A stretch of 56,969 nt of DNA from positions 7,547 to 64,515 of the forward strand of contig JBAZHE010000005.1 in assembly GCA_041652555.1 (NCBI GenBank). Reading direction: 5' to 3'. This stretch comes from Patescibacteria group bacterium. Its GTDB lineage: Bacteria; Patescibacteriota; Patescibacteriia; Patescibacteriales; WJLG01. This document shows positions 46,068-54,757 of the stretch, one piece after another; positions within the stretch are counted from its first letter, which is position 1, and each line of letters starts with the position of its first letter. The notes under the pieces were generated by a model, which did not search any database, was not told the DNA's origin, and saw only the letters and a program-made list of their open reading frames with translations. The translations under genes and the position numbers were made by a program.

Positions 46068-46116
46068 TTAATTCCCCTCTAGAGAGAGGTGGACGCCGAA
46101 GGCGGACGGGGTGTGT
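46068..46116 (+). repeat. about 50-bp structured interspersed repeat, copy B (upstream of gatB)
   Basis: ttaattcccctctagagagaggtggacgccgaaggcggacggggtgtgtt. Same orientation as copy A. Confidence 0.75.
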
Positions 46117-46265
46117 TATGCTTGGTTTACCACCGTTGTTTATAATAAATTTAATTTTACCGCTTAATAAGGTAAAAATCAAGTGGAGTAGTTGACAAAA
46201 AATAAAAATAGTGATAATATTATTCTTCAAAGATAAATGATAATTTCATCCCAAAGGAGAATGTA

Positions 46266-46508
46266 ATGAACAAAAAGGGGATAGTCGAAAGCTTCTTTTT
46301 TTATTTTTCAGAGGAAGAGGTGGAAATAACCAGAAAAGCCAAGCACGTAGTTGGCTTAACATTCAAAAGAAAGATGTGTATTGTTGACGGAAAAGAAAAA
46401 GAATACACAACTAAATCAAAAAAATTAACGAAAAGAAAAGGATATGTCGGCAATGGCATTTGTGGTGGGTCAAAACCCGAGTATCCACCTGAATATTACG
46501 TTGATTAA
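46266..46508 (+). CDS. hypothetical protein (80 aa)
   Basis: ATG preceded by AAAGGAGA. No recognisable motif. Confidence 0.5.
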   Translation: MNKKGIVESFFFYFSEEEVEITRKAKHVVGLTFKRKMCIVDGKEKEYTTKSKKLTKRKGYVGNGICGGSKPEYPPEYYVD

Positions 46509-46594
46509 GATTATGGTCGGTTGCAAGCGCAGCCGGCCCTTTTATTTCCAATAAAAAGGCCCTCATATCTTTAGAGGGCTTAAAAGTGTTAGTG

Positions 46595-46756
46595 TTATGG
46601 TTTTGGAATTTTGTAGAGATTATAGATAGTCCTATTAACTCCGCTAAGACAACTCGTTATTTTGGGGAATTTTTCTTTCTCACTCACCAAAATTATTATT
46701 CCAGCGAGAATCACTAAAGCAATTATAATGTTAAGTAATTCTTTCTTCCCCTTCAT
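46595..46756 (-). CDS. small single-TM hypothetical protein (53 aa)
   Basis: MKGKKELLNIIIALVILAGIIILVSEK... The start lies 2 nt after the stop of the upstream membrane gene. Below the ORF-track cutoff. Confidence 0.35.
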   Translation of the reverse strand: MKGKKELLNIIIALVILAGIIILVSEKEKFPKITSCLSGVNRTIYNLYKIPKP

Positions 46757-46757
46757 T

Positions 46758-47276
46758 TTAGACCCCCGTTTTTTTGTTTTTTATAAATAATTTATAGTCT
46801 CGCCAATCTTTTCTGTAAAGTAGAAATAAACTAATAGAGAAAATTATTGTCCCGACAATACTTCTAATTAGATCTGCTTTTTGTAAAAGAACGAAGTTTT
46901 TAATAAAAAGATGGGGGAGAAACGTAAACAATCCTACAAGAGATATTATTTTTGCCATAATAAACAGAACGCTTTTTGTTGTTTTTTTTCCTGATTGTAA
47001 GAGGGAAAAAACAATCAAGAGTATAGCATATAACCCCCACGACAACGCCATCCAATTGTTTATTAGACTTCCGGCGATTAAACAATTGGTCAGTTTTGCT
47101 GCCGTTATTATTTCTGTCAGGATTAACAGTATAAGGAAAAACATAAACATCTCTCCGATAAGTTCGCTGACAAAAAATACTTTTGGTTTTCTCTTGAAAT
47201 ATATCAAATATCCCAGGAGTGCACCAAGGACAAGTGGAAATAGAAGTGGCAATAAAAATTCTTTCAGTATATCCAT
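46758..47276 (-). CDS. hypothetical multi-pass membrane protein (172 aa)
   Basis: About 5 hydrophobic segments. SD GGAGGTG upstream of the ATG. Confidence 0.6.
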   Translation of the reverse strand: MDILKEFLLPLLFPLVLGALLGYLIYFKRKPKVFFVSELIGEMFMFFLILLILTEIITAAKLTNCLIAGSLINNWMALSWGLYAILLIVFSLLQSGKKTTKSVLFIMAKIISLVGLFTFLPHLFIKNFVLLQKADLIRSIVGTIIFSISLFLLYRKDWRDYKLFIKNKKTGV

Positions 47277-47310
47277 TTTTCACCTCCATAAGATTGTGAA
47301 AGGAACTTTT

Positions 47311-47340
47311 AAAAAACAATACCGCTCTTAGGCGGTATTG
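47311..47340 (-). terminator. rho-independent terminator (minus strand)
   Basis: caataccgc-tcttag-gcggtattg 9-bp stem, with the T-run on the minus strand. Confidence 0.75.
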
Positions 47341-47346
47341 TCAAAT

Positions 47347-47889
47347 TTATAAATTAAGTTTATCTATTTGGCTGTGCAAATTTTTTAAGTCAGAATCATT
47401 GAGCAATGGGTAGTCGGCCATAACAATCGGGCCACCTTTGTCGGAATTTTCAATTTCCGCCCAATCGCGACTTCTAGCCTCTTCTTCGGTATAGGGTCTT
47501 TCCAGTCTATTTGCCATACGATTATGGCGGATGCTTGGTGAGCAAATAGCGGCAATCACCATAAAATTGTCCTGATATTTTTCTTTTAAGATTTTATATT
47601 CATCCCAGCTGTATAAGCTTTCTATAATTAATTTGTCAGAATTTTTTAAAGCTTCTTCAATTTTTGGCAAAGAAAACAGGGCATAAGCACCCATACCACC
47701 TTCGGCGCGAATTTTTTCTCGGGCGTATCGTTCATTTTTTTCATTTACCTCTAAACCTTCTTTTTTGAGACGATCAAAAGTAATCTCGCCTAAGTAAACT
47801 ACTGGACAGCTATATTTTTCCTTTAAATATTTAGTTATTTCGCTTTTGCCGGAGCCGCACATCCCGACTACAGCATAGATTTTTGACAT
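47347..47889 (-). CDS. P-loop nucleotide/nucleoside kinase-like protein (CoaE/dNMP-kinase-like)
   Basis: Walker A GMCGSGKS at the N-terminus. 180 aa. Confidence 0.5.
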   Translation of the reverse strand: MSKIYAVVGMCGSGKSEITKYLKEKYSCPVVYLGEITFDRLKKEGLEVNEKNERYAREKIRAEGGMGAYALFSLPKIEEALKNSDKLIIESLYSWDEYKILKEKYQDNFMVIAAICSPSIRHNRMANRLERPYTEEEARSRDWAEIENSDKGGPIVMADYPLLNDSDLKNLHSQIDKLNL

Positions 47890-47893
47890 AATG

Positions 47894-47965
47894 TAGTCCC
47901 TAGGGGAATCGAACCCCTATTGCCAGGATGAGAACCTGGCGTCCTAACCGTTAGACGAAGGGACC
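47894..47965 (-). tRNA. tRNA-Glu (anticodon CTC)
   Basis: The reverse complement ggtcccttcgtctaacggttaggacgccaggttCTCatcctggcaataggggttcgattcccctagggacta parallels the E. coli tRNA-Glu architecture. G1-U72 wobble. Confidence 0.8.
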
Positions 47966-48055
47966 CCTTCTCAAATTTCGAATTAAAATAAAAAATCCGC
48001 TTTTGGATTTGTTTATATTATAAACAAATTTTTAAGAGTAGTCAAGGCGGAGTTG

Positions 48056-48084
48056 TTGACAATGATTTTTTTTTGTGCTATACT
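48056..48084 (+). promoter_or_regulatory. near-consensus promoter of the cold-shock gene
   Basis: TTGACA - 17 nt - (TGc)TATACT. Implies a 5' UTR of about 115 nt. Confidence 0.6.
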
Positions 48085-48206
48085 GTTTATGTTAGTCCAA
48101 AAGACTGACCAGACCTCAGAAAAGAGGTATGAAGTACGCAAGCAATGAAAATATTAAACTATTTTTATAACGCTACTACTAATTTATAAACTAGTTCTAA
48201 AAAAAC

Positions 48207-48407
48207 ATGAACGGAACAATCAAAAAGCTCGTTGTCGAAAAGAATTTCGGTTTCATCGCCCAAGAGGGTGCTGAAAAAGATTTATTCTTCCATGCTTCCT
48301 CTTTGGAAGGTGTTGATTTCAGCGAGTTAAGAGAAGGTGACGCTGTTACCTTTGAAGTTGGAGAAACCCCTAAGGGTCCTTCCGCTACTAATGTTAAAAA
48401 AGCTTAA
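48207..48407 (+). CDS. cold-shock domain protein (CspA family)
   Basis: 66 aa. RNP1-like NFGFI and RNP2-like LFFH motifs. Confidence 0.93.
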   Translation: MNGTIKKLVVEKNFGFIAQEGAEKDLFFHASSLEGVDFSELREGDAVTFEVGETPKGPSATNVKKA

Positions 48408-48430
48408 TAACTTTTTTATATAGTAAAAAT

Positions 48431-48457
48431 CATCCCGATAACTCGGGATGTTTTTTT
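48431..48457. terminator. bidirectional terminator between csp and fmt
   Basis: catcccga-taac-tcgggatg 8-bp stem flanked by an A-run and T7. Confidence 0.8.
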
Positions 48458-48458
48458 G

Positions 48459-49409
48459 TTACAAAATTGTTCCGATAAAATCTTTATGTCCGCGCAGGAA
48501 TTCCTCGGCGGAAAGTGGCTTGCCACCTTCTAATTGGAGTTTTGTTATAATCAAAGCATCTTGCCCGCATTGCACCGCTAATTTGTTATTATCTAAAAAT
48601 ACTTCCCCTGGTTTATATTTATTTATTGGAAAAATTTTATTTTCAACAGAAATTATTTTTAAAGTTTTATTGATAATTGAAGATTGATAATTGGAGATTG
48701 AAAACGTTCCTGGCCAGGGATAGTAGGCGCGGGCTTGGCGTTCGATTTCTATAGCCGGTTTATTCCAATCAATTTTTCCATCAGCTTTTTTTATTTCTGG
48801 GCAATATAATGTTTCTCTAGCTTGCGGTTCCGGAATTATTTTTCCTTGTGAAAAGTTAATTAAAATATCAGGCAAAGTTTTTGCGCCGAGAATTGAAAGT
48901 TTGTCGTGTAAGATTGCGCCGGTTTCATTTTTTTCTAAATTAACTTTGGCAATTTTTAAAATTGGGCCAGTATCAAGTCCTTCGTCCATCAACATAATAG
49001 TCACGCCAGATTCGTTGTCGCCGTTTAAGATTGGCGCTTGTAGGACAGCTGAACCGCGATAGAGAGGGAGAATAGAGCCATGGACGTTTACACAGCCGTA
49101 TTTCGGTAAAGTCAAGACGCTTTTTGGTACTAATTTTCCATAGGCAACAACAACCAAAAAATCCGGATTCAAGTCGGAAATTTTTTCAGCCACTTCTTTG
49201 ACTTTCTCCGGTTGCCAAACTGGAATATTATTTTCTAGAGCAAATTTTTTGACCGGTGGCGGTGTTAGAGTCATCTTGCGTCCGACTGGCTTGTCTGGTT
49301 GCGTTATTACTGCTAAAATTTTAAAGCGAGGGTCTTTGATTAAATTTTGCAAAGACGGTATGGCAAATTCGGGACTTCCTAGAAAAATTATTTTTATTTT
49401 ATTATCCAT
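48459..49409 (-). CDS. fmt: methionyl-tRNA formyltransferase
   Basis: KIIFLGSPEFAIPSL..., NVHGSILPLYRGSA, C-terminal Fmt domain. Confidence 0.94.
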   Translation of the reverse strand: MDNKIKIIFLGSPEFAIPSLQNLIKDPRFKILAVITQPDKPVGRKMTLTPPPVKKFALENNIPVWQPEKVKEVAEKISDLNPDFLVVVAYGKLVPKSVLTLPKYGCVNVHGSILPLYRGSAVLQAPILNGDNESGVTIMLMDEGLDTGPILKIAKVNLEKNETGAILHDKLSILGAKTLPDILINFSQGKIIPEPQARETLYCPEIKKADGKIDWNKPAIEIERQARAYYPWPGTFSISNYQSSIINKTLKIISVENKIFPINKYKPGEVFLDNNKLAVQCGQDALIITKLQLEGGKPLSAEEFLRGHKDFIGTIL

Positions 49410-49481
49410 ATTCCGCTAGCCTCGTCAGAGTCTCCCGGTAGGGGGCTCTAATGCTTTAGTAATTATTTTTTTATCTATTTT

Positions 49482-50087
49482 ATGAATTTTATAGTTTATC
49501 TTTTAAATTTTTTCGGCCATATGGGTTATGCTGGCATTGTTTTTTTAATGGCCGTAGAGAGCTCTTTTATTCCTTTTCCTTCCGAGGTTGTTATTCCGCC
49601 GGCCGCTTATCTGGCTTCGCAAGGAGAAATGAATGTTTGGTTGATAATTTTATCCGGTTTGGCTGGTAGCTTAATCGGTGCAACCCTAAATTATTTTATT
49701 GCTTTCTTTCTTGGGCGTGCCATAATTTATAAATTGGCTGATCATAAATTTTCTAATATATTTTTAATAAATTCAAAAAAGGTTCAGAAAGTGGAAGATT
49801 ATTTTTTGAAATATGGTCGGATGTCGACTTTGATCGGTCGTCTTGTTCCGGTGGTACGCCAACTCATTTCTTTGCCAGCCGGGTTTGCTAGAATGAATTT
49901 TGGTAGTTTTATTTTTTTTACTGCGATTGGTTCACTTATTTGGACTAGCACCTTAGCGGCGCTTGGTTATTATTTTGGTGCTAACCGCGAATTATTAGCT
50001 TCTTTCTATCATGAGATAACTTATGGTGGTTTAGTTTTGGGAATTGTTTTTGTAATTTTTATTTTTTGGCGGAAAAAAAGAAAATAA
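49482..50087 (+). CDS. DedA family membrane protein
   Basis: GYAGIVFLMAVESSFIPFPSEVV and GR.VPVVRQLISLPAG motifs. Confidence 0.88.
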   Translation: MNFIVYLLNFFGHMGYAGIVFLMAVESSFIPFPSEVVIPPAAYLASQGEMNVWLIILSGLAGSLIGATLNYFIAFFLGRAIIYKLADHKFSNIFLINSKKVQKVEDYFLKYGRMSTLIGRLVPVVRQLISLPAGFARMNFGSFIFFTAIGSLIWTSTLAALGYYFGANRELLASFYHEITYGGLVLGIVFVIFIFWRKKRK

Positions 50088-50122
50088 TTTTTGCCAAGCT
50101 AGAACAGGTCAGTGCCTTATCC

Positions 50123-50611
50123 CTACGATTTAATATCTATTTCATCTATTTTTTTAAGCTCCCTGGCTTTGTCTATAAAGAGAATTCCGTCTAGGTGATC
50201 TGCTTCATGTTGAATGACTCGCGCTAAAAGTCCGGAAGCTTTGATTTTATTTTCTCGGCCATTAATGTCAATAAAAGCACAAGTAATTGATTTGTGGCGG
50301 CGCACTTCGCCGAAATAAAACGGTACTGACAAACAACCTTCTTCTTCCCAATTTTTCAAAAAAGATTTTTTTATTATTTTGGGATTAAACATTATTAAAA
50401 CGCCGTCCTTGGCGCTAACGGTTATTAGGCGGATGTTTTTTCCGACTTGCGGGGCGGCTAAGCCAATCCCATCTTTTTTTTTCATGGTTTCCGCCATATC
50501 TAAAGAAAATTCATGCATTTTTTCCGTGTGCACATCTTTGGCCTTAACTTTTTCAGATTTTTGGCGCAGGTGCGGATTAGGATTAACTAATATTTCAAGT
50601 ATTTTTGGCAT
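50123..50611 (-). CDS. def: peptide deformylase
   Basis: GIGLAAPQVG, EGCLS, QHEADHLDG motifs. ATG at 50611 (MPKILEI...) preferred over the longer ORF reaching 50716. Confidence 0.92.
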   Translation of the reverse strand: MPKILEILVNPNPHLRQKSEKVKAKDVHTEKMHEFSLDMAETMKKKDGIGLAAPQVGKNIRLITVSAKDGVLIMFNPKIIKKSFLKNWEEEGCLSVPFYFGEVRRHKSITCAFIDINGRENKIKASGLLARVIQHEADHLDGILFIDKARELKKIDEIDIKS

Positions 50612-50689
50612 ATAATTGATTAAGGGCTTGCTATTTTTTTGCTTTTCTATTAGATTATTATTATAATGCTTTAATTTTAAAAAAGCAAA

Positions 50690-50995
50690 GTGGCTATGCC
50701 AGATAACAAAAATCAAGATTTCCAGAGTTTAGGTGCGCTATTTGCTGTTAAAAGAGCGAAAGCTCCGCCGCCGCCCGCCTATCAATGGCAGGAGTTGGCT
50801 TTGCGAGTAATAAGCGAGCTTGGTATTCCACCGTTTAAGAAATCCTCAGTTTTCAAAGCTTGCCGTGATCACCCTAAAGACTTCATAGAAATTTGCCTTA
50901 ACGACACTAAGGAATTATGCACGGATGGGCAAAGTTGGAAGTACTTTTTCAAGATCATTCAAAATAGAATAAAAGAAAAAAATAATAACCAATAA
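50690..50995 (+). CDS. hypothetical protein (about 100 aa)
   Basis: Clean ORF (GTG 50690 or ATG 50696). No recognisable motif. Confidence 0.45.
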   Translation: MAMPDNKNQDFQSLGALFAVKRAKAPPPPAYQWQELALRVISELGIPPFKKSSVFKACRDHPKDFIEICLNDTKELCTDGQSWKYFFKIIQNRIKEKNNNQ

Positions 50996-51013
50996 CATTT
51001 TAGAGGAGGGGTT

Positions 51014-51408
51014 ATGAAAATTGTTGTTGATTTATATCATAACACGAGGAATGTTAATTTGAGTGAGGTTTTTTTCTGTATCAGGCTGATGTTCTTCTGT
51101 GTGCTTTTACAGAAGAAGAAAGTGCGTTGTTGAAAGTTTATTGTTCTGGTTATGCGGTGTTATCATCCATTGAGAATTATTTCTCAAATATGTGCATGGT
51201 GTCCACTAAAAAGAGAAGAGATAAAAATCTTCTTGTTATAGAGTATGAGGGCAATATTTGGAGTGTTATAGAAAAAGAATGGAGTCTTCTTGGATATCTT
51301 CAAGAGACGTTCGCTTTTACAAATGATTTTTGTTGTGTTTTTTATTTAAAAGAAAAAGAGGCTGCCGGCGCAACATTTGATTTTGTTGTAAAAAATATAA
51401 AAAAGTAA
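51014..51408 (+). CDS. hypothetical protein split by a frame change at a T7 tract (ATG 51014 frame joins the 51127-51408 frame by a -1 shift)
   Basis: Strong SD (GAGGAGGGG) precedes the ATG at 51014. The second frame is open from 51067. T7 at 51069-51075 forms T_TTT_TTC in the zero frame. Confidence 0.45.
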
Positions 51409-51420
51409 TTTTATCAGTAA

Positions 51421-51445
51421 AAGCGCGGATAGGTAATCCGCGCTT
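51421..51445. terminator. bidirectional terminator hairpin
   Basis: aagcgcggat-aggta-atccgcgctt 10-bp stem between convergent genes. Confidence 0.75.
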
Positions 51446-52257
51446 TATTCTTGTTCTAAATGTTTATTTAAGTTGAGTAGGGTTGTTAGATAGCCAACCC
51501 CGAATGGGGCTTCGTAGACGAAATTTTCCATTCCCCAATCAATTCCAGCACCGCTTAAAATTCCCAAGAGCACGGCAATTGATTTTAAGCCACAGGGCCT
51601 GGCTTCGGAGATTTGCGCCTCTTTAAGAGCTATCATTTCCTCTATTTTTTTGTTTTGTAAAAGCTCAATTAAGCGTTGATCAAATTTGGCGGCCTTGGGT
51701 GAAAAGCCGGCCGGAGAATTTTTTGTTAAGCGATGCGAGAGATCGCCCGAAGCAATAACGGCGATTTTTTTCTTTTCGTTGGTTAAAATTTGGCCTATTT
51801 TTTCACCAACAACGAAATGTTTTGCTAGAGAAAATTTAGAAATATGAAAAGGGGAGACTTCCACATCTTTTTCTAAACAGAGGCGGTAAAGCGGTACGCC
51901 ACAGCCAAAATCTAAAACTTTTTCATTGATAATTCTGATTGGCGTATTTTCTTCTAATTTTTCTCGAATAACTTGAGTTAATTCCAGGTCGCCACCAATA
52001 GCTAATGACAAAGAAAAATCCCCGAATTCTTCAAAATTCAAAGAAAATTCTTTAGCAACATTAAAAACAAAAAAATCTTTCTCGATTTTTCCGTGCGAGG
52101 AAATTATAAAAATAGATTTTATTTTTTCTTGCTTGATCGTCTCCGCGATTTTTTGGTAGAAATTTTCCGTCTTGGCTAGGCGGGAAATATTTTCTTTGCC
52201 AATGGCTGGCACCAAAACAATCGGATGAGGGACAACAGCGGCTATTTTAATAGGCAT
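51445..52257 (-). CDS. class III extradiol dioxygenase (LigB/Memo-like) family protein
   Basis: AAVVPHPIVLVP N-terminus, SSHG, ASGDLSHRL motifs. Confidence 0.55.
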   Translation of the reverse strand: MPIKIAAVVPHPIVLVPAIGKENISRLAKTENFYQKIAETIKQEKIKSIFIISSHGKIEKDFFVFNVAKEFSLNFEEFGDFSLSLAIGGDLELTQVIREKLEENTPIRIINEKVLDFGCGVPLYRLCLEKDVEVSPFHISKFSLAKHFVVGEKIGQILTNEKKKIAVIASGDLSHRLTKNSPAGFSPKAAKFDQRLIELLQNKKIEEMIALKEAQISEARPCGLKSIAVLLGILSGAGIDWGMENFVYEAPFGVGYLTTLLNLNKHLEQE

Positions 52258-52262
52258 ATTTG

Positions 52263-53663
52263 TTAGAAACTTTTTTTATCTATAACTTCTCCGTTTGGAT
52301 ATTTAGCTAGGAATTGCGGGGAAACCGAGATTATGTTTTCCCATTTGTAGCCGAATTTTTCAAATACTTGGCCGGAAACAAATGGCCGTTTCATTCCATT
52401 CTCCACTAAATAAACCGCTTTAGTTGATGGAGAGGTTAAGAGTTCGCCATCGCTAAAGAGAATCGGCGTACCGGTTGGGTAAAGATCCAAATCTTTCGGC
52501 AAGACTGGGATGATTTTTTTCTTAGCAAATTTATAAGTTAAAAGAGATTTATCATGTAGAGGATATTTTATTCCTTCTTCAATCCAGAAAACACCGCCGG
52601 TTGTTTTGTCTTGCAATAAGGCGCCGGTTGGATAAGTGGAAGTAGCGGATAAAGGCACGCCATCAACATAAGAATTTATATCTTCCCAGCTGGCGTTCAT
52701 AACCTCTTCTGGATTATAGCCGAATGTTTTGAAGACATCAGAAGAGGTGAAGCCACGTTTTTTGTCATCAACTAAAAGGAAAATAGTGCCACGTGGAGAT
52801 TTAATTAGAGAATAATTAGGAAATTTAATCGGTGCGCCAGTTGGGTAGCCGTCTAAAACGCTTTTATCCACTTGGATTATTTTTTTTTGGTCAAAGCGAG
52901 AGGTTAGAGCACTTTTGGCGATGAACGGCCGTTTTTGACCTTTTTTAATTAGCCAGACACCAGCTTCTCCATTGGCTTGTAAAAGCGAGCCATTAGGGTA
53001 GGTTCTGGTAAAATATCGGCGCCACAATTTCCAAAAATTATAATTGCCGTTATAGACGTGTGGGGTGTAATTGTATAAGCCAGCCGTAGCGCCATTCTCT
53101 ATGGTAATGGTTAAATCACCTTTAATCGTTGTGGAATAAGGATTGGTAAAAGAATAAGTTTTTCCGGCTTGAAAAGAATAATCTTGAGGGCTTTCCAAGT
53201 AGTCAAAGAATTGTAAGGTAGCGCTATTTATTTGTTTCCAAATTCCTTGCCAGCGAGAATTACAACCGCCACCATCTGGACAGCCATAACCGGTGGCCCA
53301 ATCCAGTGAGCCGGAAGAGGGATTGGCATCTTCAATTAATCCTTGTTCTTTTTGCAAAAGCACTAAGACAAATTTCGGGCTGATTTTATTTTCCTGACAG
53401 CGAGTGTAAATTATTTTAGAAACGCGCATCATTTCATTAGTATTGGGGTCGGCCACGGAATAGTTAGCTAAATAACTATTTTTATCTTCTAAAAATTTTT
53501 GGATTTCTGCTTCGGTCATAGAATTATAATCCAAAATTTCCGCGTTGCTGATTATATTGCCGGGATTAAAATTTGGATCCGGCGCTTCTTGTGCAAAAGC
53601 AATTGAACAAAGGGAAATAGTTAAAACAACCGACAAAAGTCCAATTATTATTTTATTTTTCAT
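52263..53663 (-). CDS. secreted protein with Cys-rich N-terminal domain and repeated about 60-aa C-terminal modules (cell-wall associated?)
   Basis: Signal peptide MKNKIIIGLLSVVLTISLCSIAFA. Repeated G.W.I..G.KRPF......F...GY modules. Confidence 0.6.
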   Translation of the reverse strand: MKNKIIIGLLSVVLTISLCSIAFAQEAPDPNFNPGNIISNAEILDYNSMTEAEIQKFLEDKNSYLANYSVADPNTNEMMRVSKIIYTRCQENKISPKFVLVLLQKEQGLIEDANPSSGSLDWATGYGCPDGGGCNSRWQGIWKQINSATLQFFDYLESPQDYSFQAGKTYSFTNPYSTTIKGDLTITIENGATAGLYNYTPHVYNGNYNFWKLWRRYFTRTYPNGSLLQANGEAGVWLIKKGQKRPFIAKSALTSRFDQKKIIQVDKSVLDGYPTGAPIKFPNYSLIKSPRGTIFLLVDDKKRGFTSSDVFKTFGYNPEEVMNASWEDINSYVDGVPLSATSTYPTGALLQDKTTGGVFWIEEGIKYPLHDKSLLTYKFAKKKIIPVLPKDLDLYPTGTPILFSDGELLTSPSTKAVYLVENGMKRPFVSGQVFEKFGYKWENIISVSPQFLAKYPNGEVIDKKSF

Positions 53664-53797
53664 AAATATTTTTATTATTTTTTTAGATATGTTTATTATA
53701 GTATATTAGAAAGAATAATTCAATCAATTTTTTAGGTTAACTTTTTTGTAAATGATGTTATAATAAAAACAGCAAGAAAAAATAATTATTAAGATTT

Positions 53798-54469
53798 ATG
53801 AAAAACGAAAAACAGTTAGCTATTTTTGAAGGTAAAAAAATTCGTCGGATTTGGGATGAGAAAGAAGAAAAATGGTATTTTTCTATTGTTGATGTGGTTG
53901 GTATTTTGTCACAAAGTGTTGCCCCGCAAAACTATTGGAAAGTTTTGAAAAACCGATTAAAAAAGGAAGGATCTGAGGTGGTTACAAAATGTAACCAACT
54001 GAAAATGCAGGCTTCTGACGGGAAATATTATTTAACAGATTCCGCTGATACTGAAGTCGTTTTGCGTTTAATCCAGTCGGTTCCGTCTCCCAAAGCTGAG
54101 CCATTCAAGTTGTGGTTAGCCAAAGTAGGCTATGAACGAATCCAAGAAATAGAAGATCCTGAATTAGCCGCTCAGCGCGCTAGGAATATTTATCGAGCAA
54201 AAGGCTATCCCGAGTCGTGGATCGAAAAACGAATGCGAGGAATTGAAGTCCGCGAAACTCTAACTAACGAGTGGAAAAACAGGGGAGCCAAGGAGAGTGT
54301 AGAATTCGCCATCCTAACTAATGAAATAATGAAAGGTGCTTTTGATATGACCGCCGAAGGCTATAAGGAATTCAAGGGGCTTAAGCGGGAAAATCTTCGT
54401 GACCACATGGAAGACATGGAATTGATTCTGACAATGCTCGGCGAAGCGACAACAAACAAAATTCATTAA
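53798..54469 (+). CDS. Bro-N domain / DinD-like protein, truncated by an in-frame TAA (homology continues to 54631)
   Basis: N-terminal [28 protein letters not shown] (Bro-N). Paralog of 55885-56721. The codon aligned to Glu in the paralog is TAA here. Confidence 0.75.
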   Translation: MKNEKQLAIFEGKKIRRIWDEKEEKWYFSIVDVVGILSQSVAPQNYWKVLKNRLKKEGSEVVTKCNQLKMQASDGKYYLTDSADTEVVLRLIQSVPSPKAEPFKLWLAKVGYERIQEIEDPELAAQRARNIYRAKGYPESWIEKRMRGIEVRETLTNEWKNRGAKESVEFAILTNEIMKGAFDMTAEGYKEFKGLKRENLRDHMEDMELILTMLGEATTNKIH

Positions 54470-54631
54470 GGGCGAGAGTCAAAAGGGCTTCCTTCGCTTA
54501 AAAAAGACGCTAAAGACGGCGGTGATTTGGCTGGCAGAACAAGAAAGGATATTGAAAAGCAAATCGGCAAGCCGGTTATTTCTAAAAAGAATTTCAAAGC
54601 TATAAAAAAACAAAAAAAATTAAACCCGTAG

Positions 54632-54652
54632 GAACAGGGCACTGCCCTGTTC
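54632..54652 (+). terminator. hairpin after the DinD-like reading frame
   Basis: gaacaggg-cact-ccctgttc 8-bp stem. No clear T-run. Confidence 0.4.
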
Positions 54653-54757
54653 TGTTGGCTAAGTAGTATAATTTAATTTATCCACCAAACGCTGTTTTTT
54701 GTTTTTTAAAATAATGCTATATTGAAAATAGTAAGAATAAAAAATTATTATAAAATT

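Noticed and set aside
45911-46195. 94-aa + strand ORF containing INSPLERGGRRRRTGCV
   Set aside because: It is antisense to the gatB 5' end and reads through repeat copy B. The peptide similarity to the miaA insertion reflects the DNA repeat, not a gene.
46900-47319. 139-aa minus-strand ORF overlapping the 46758-47276 membrane gene in another frame
   Set aside because: The 172-aa frame has clear TM periodicity and a GGAGGTG SD. The alternative frame has neither.
49425-49452. GC-rich hairpin agagtctcc-cggta-gggggctct in the fmt/dedA divergent spacer
   Set aside because: It is a single occurrence, has no flanking U-tract, and does not resemble the two repeat families. There is not enough evidence to assign a function.
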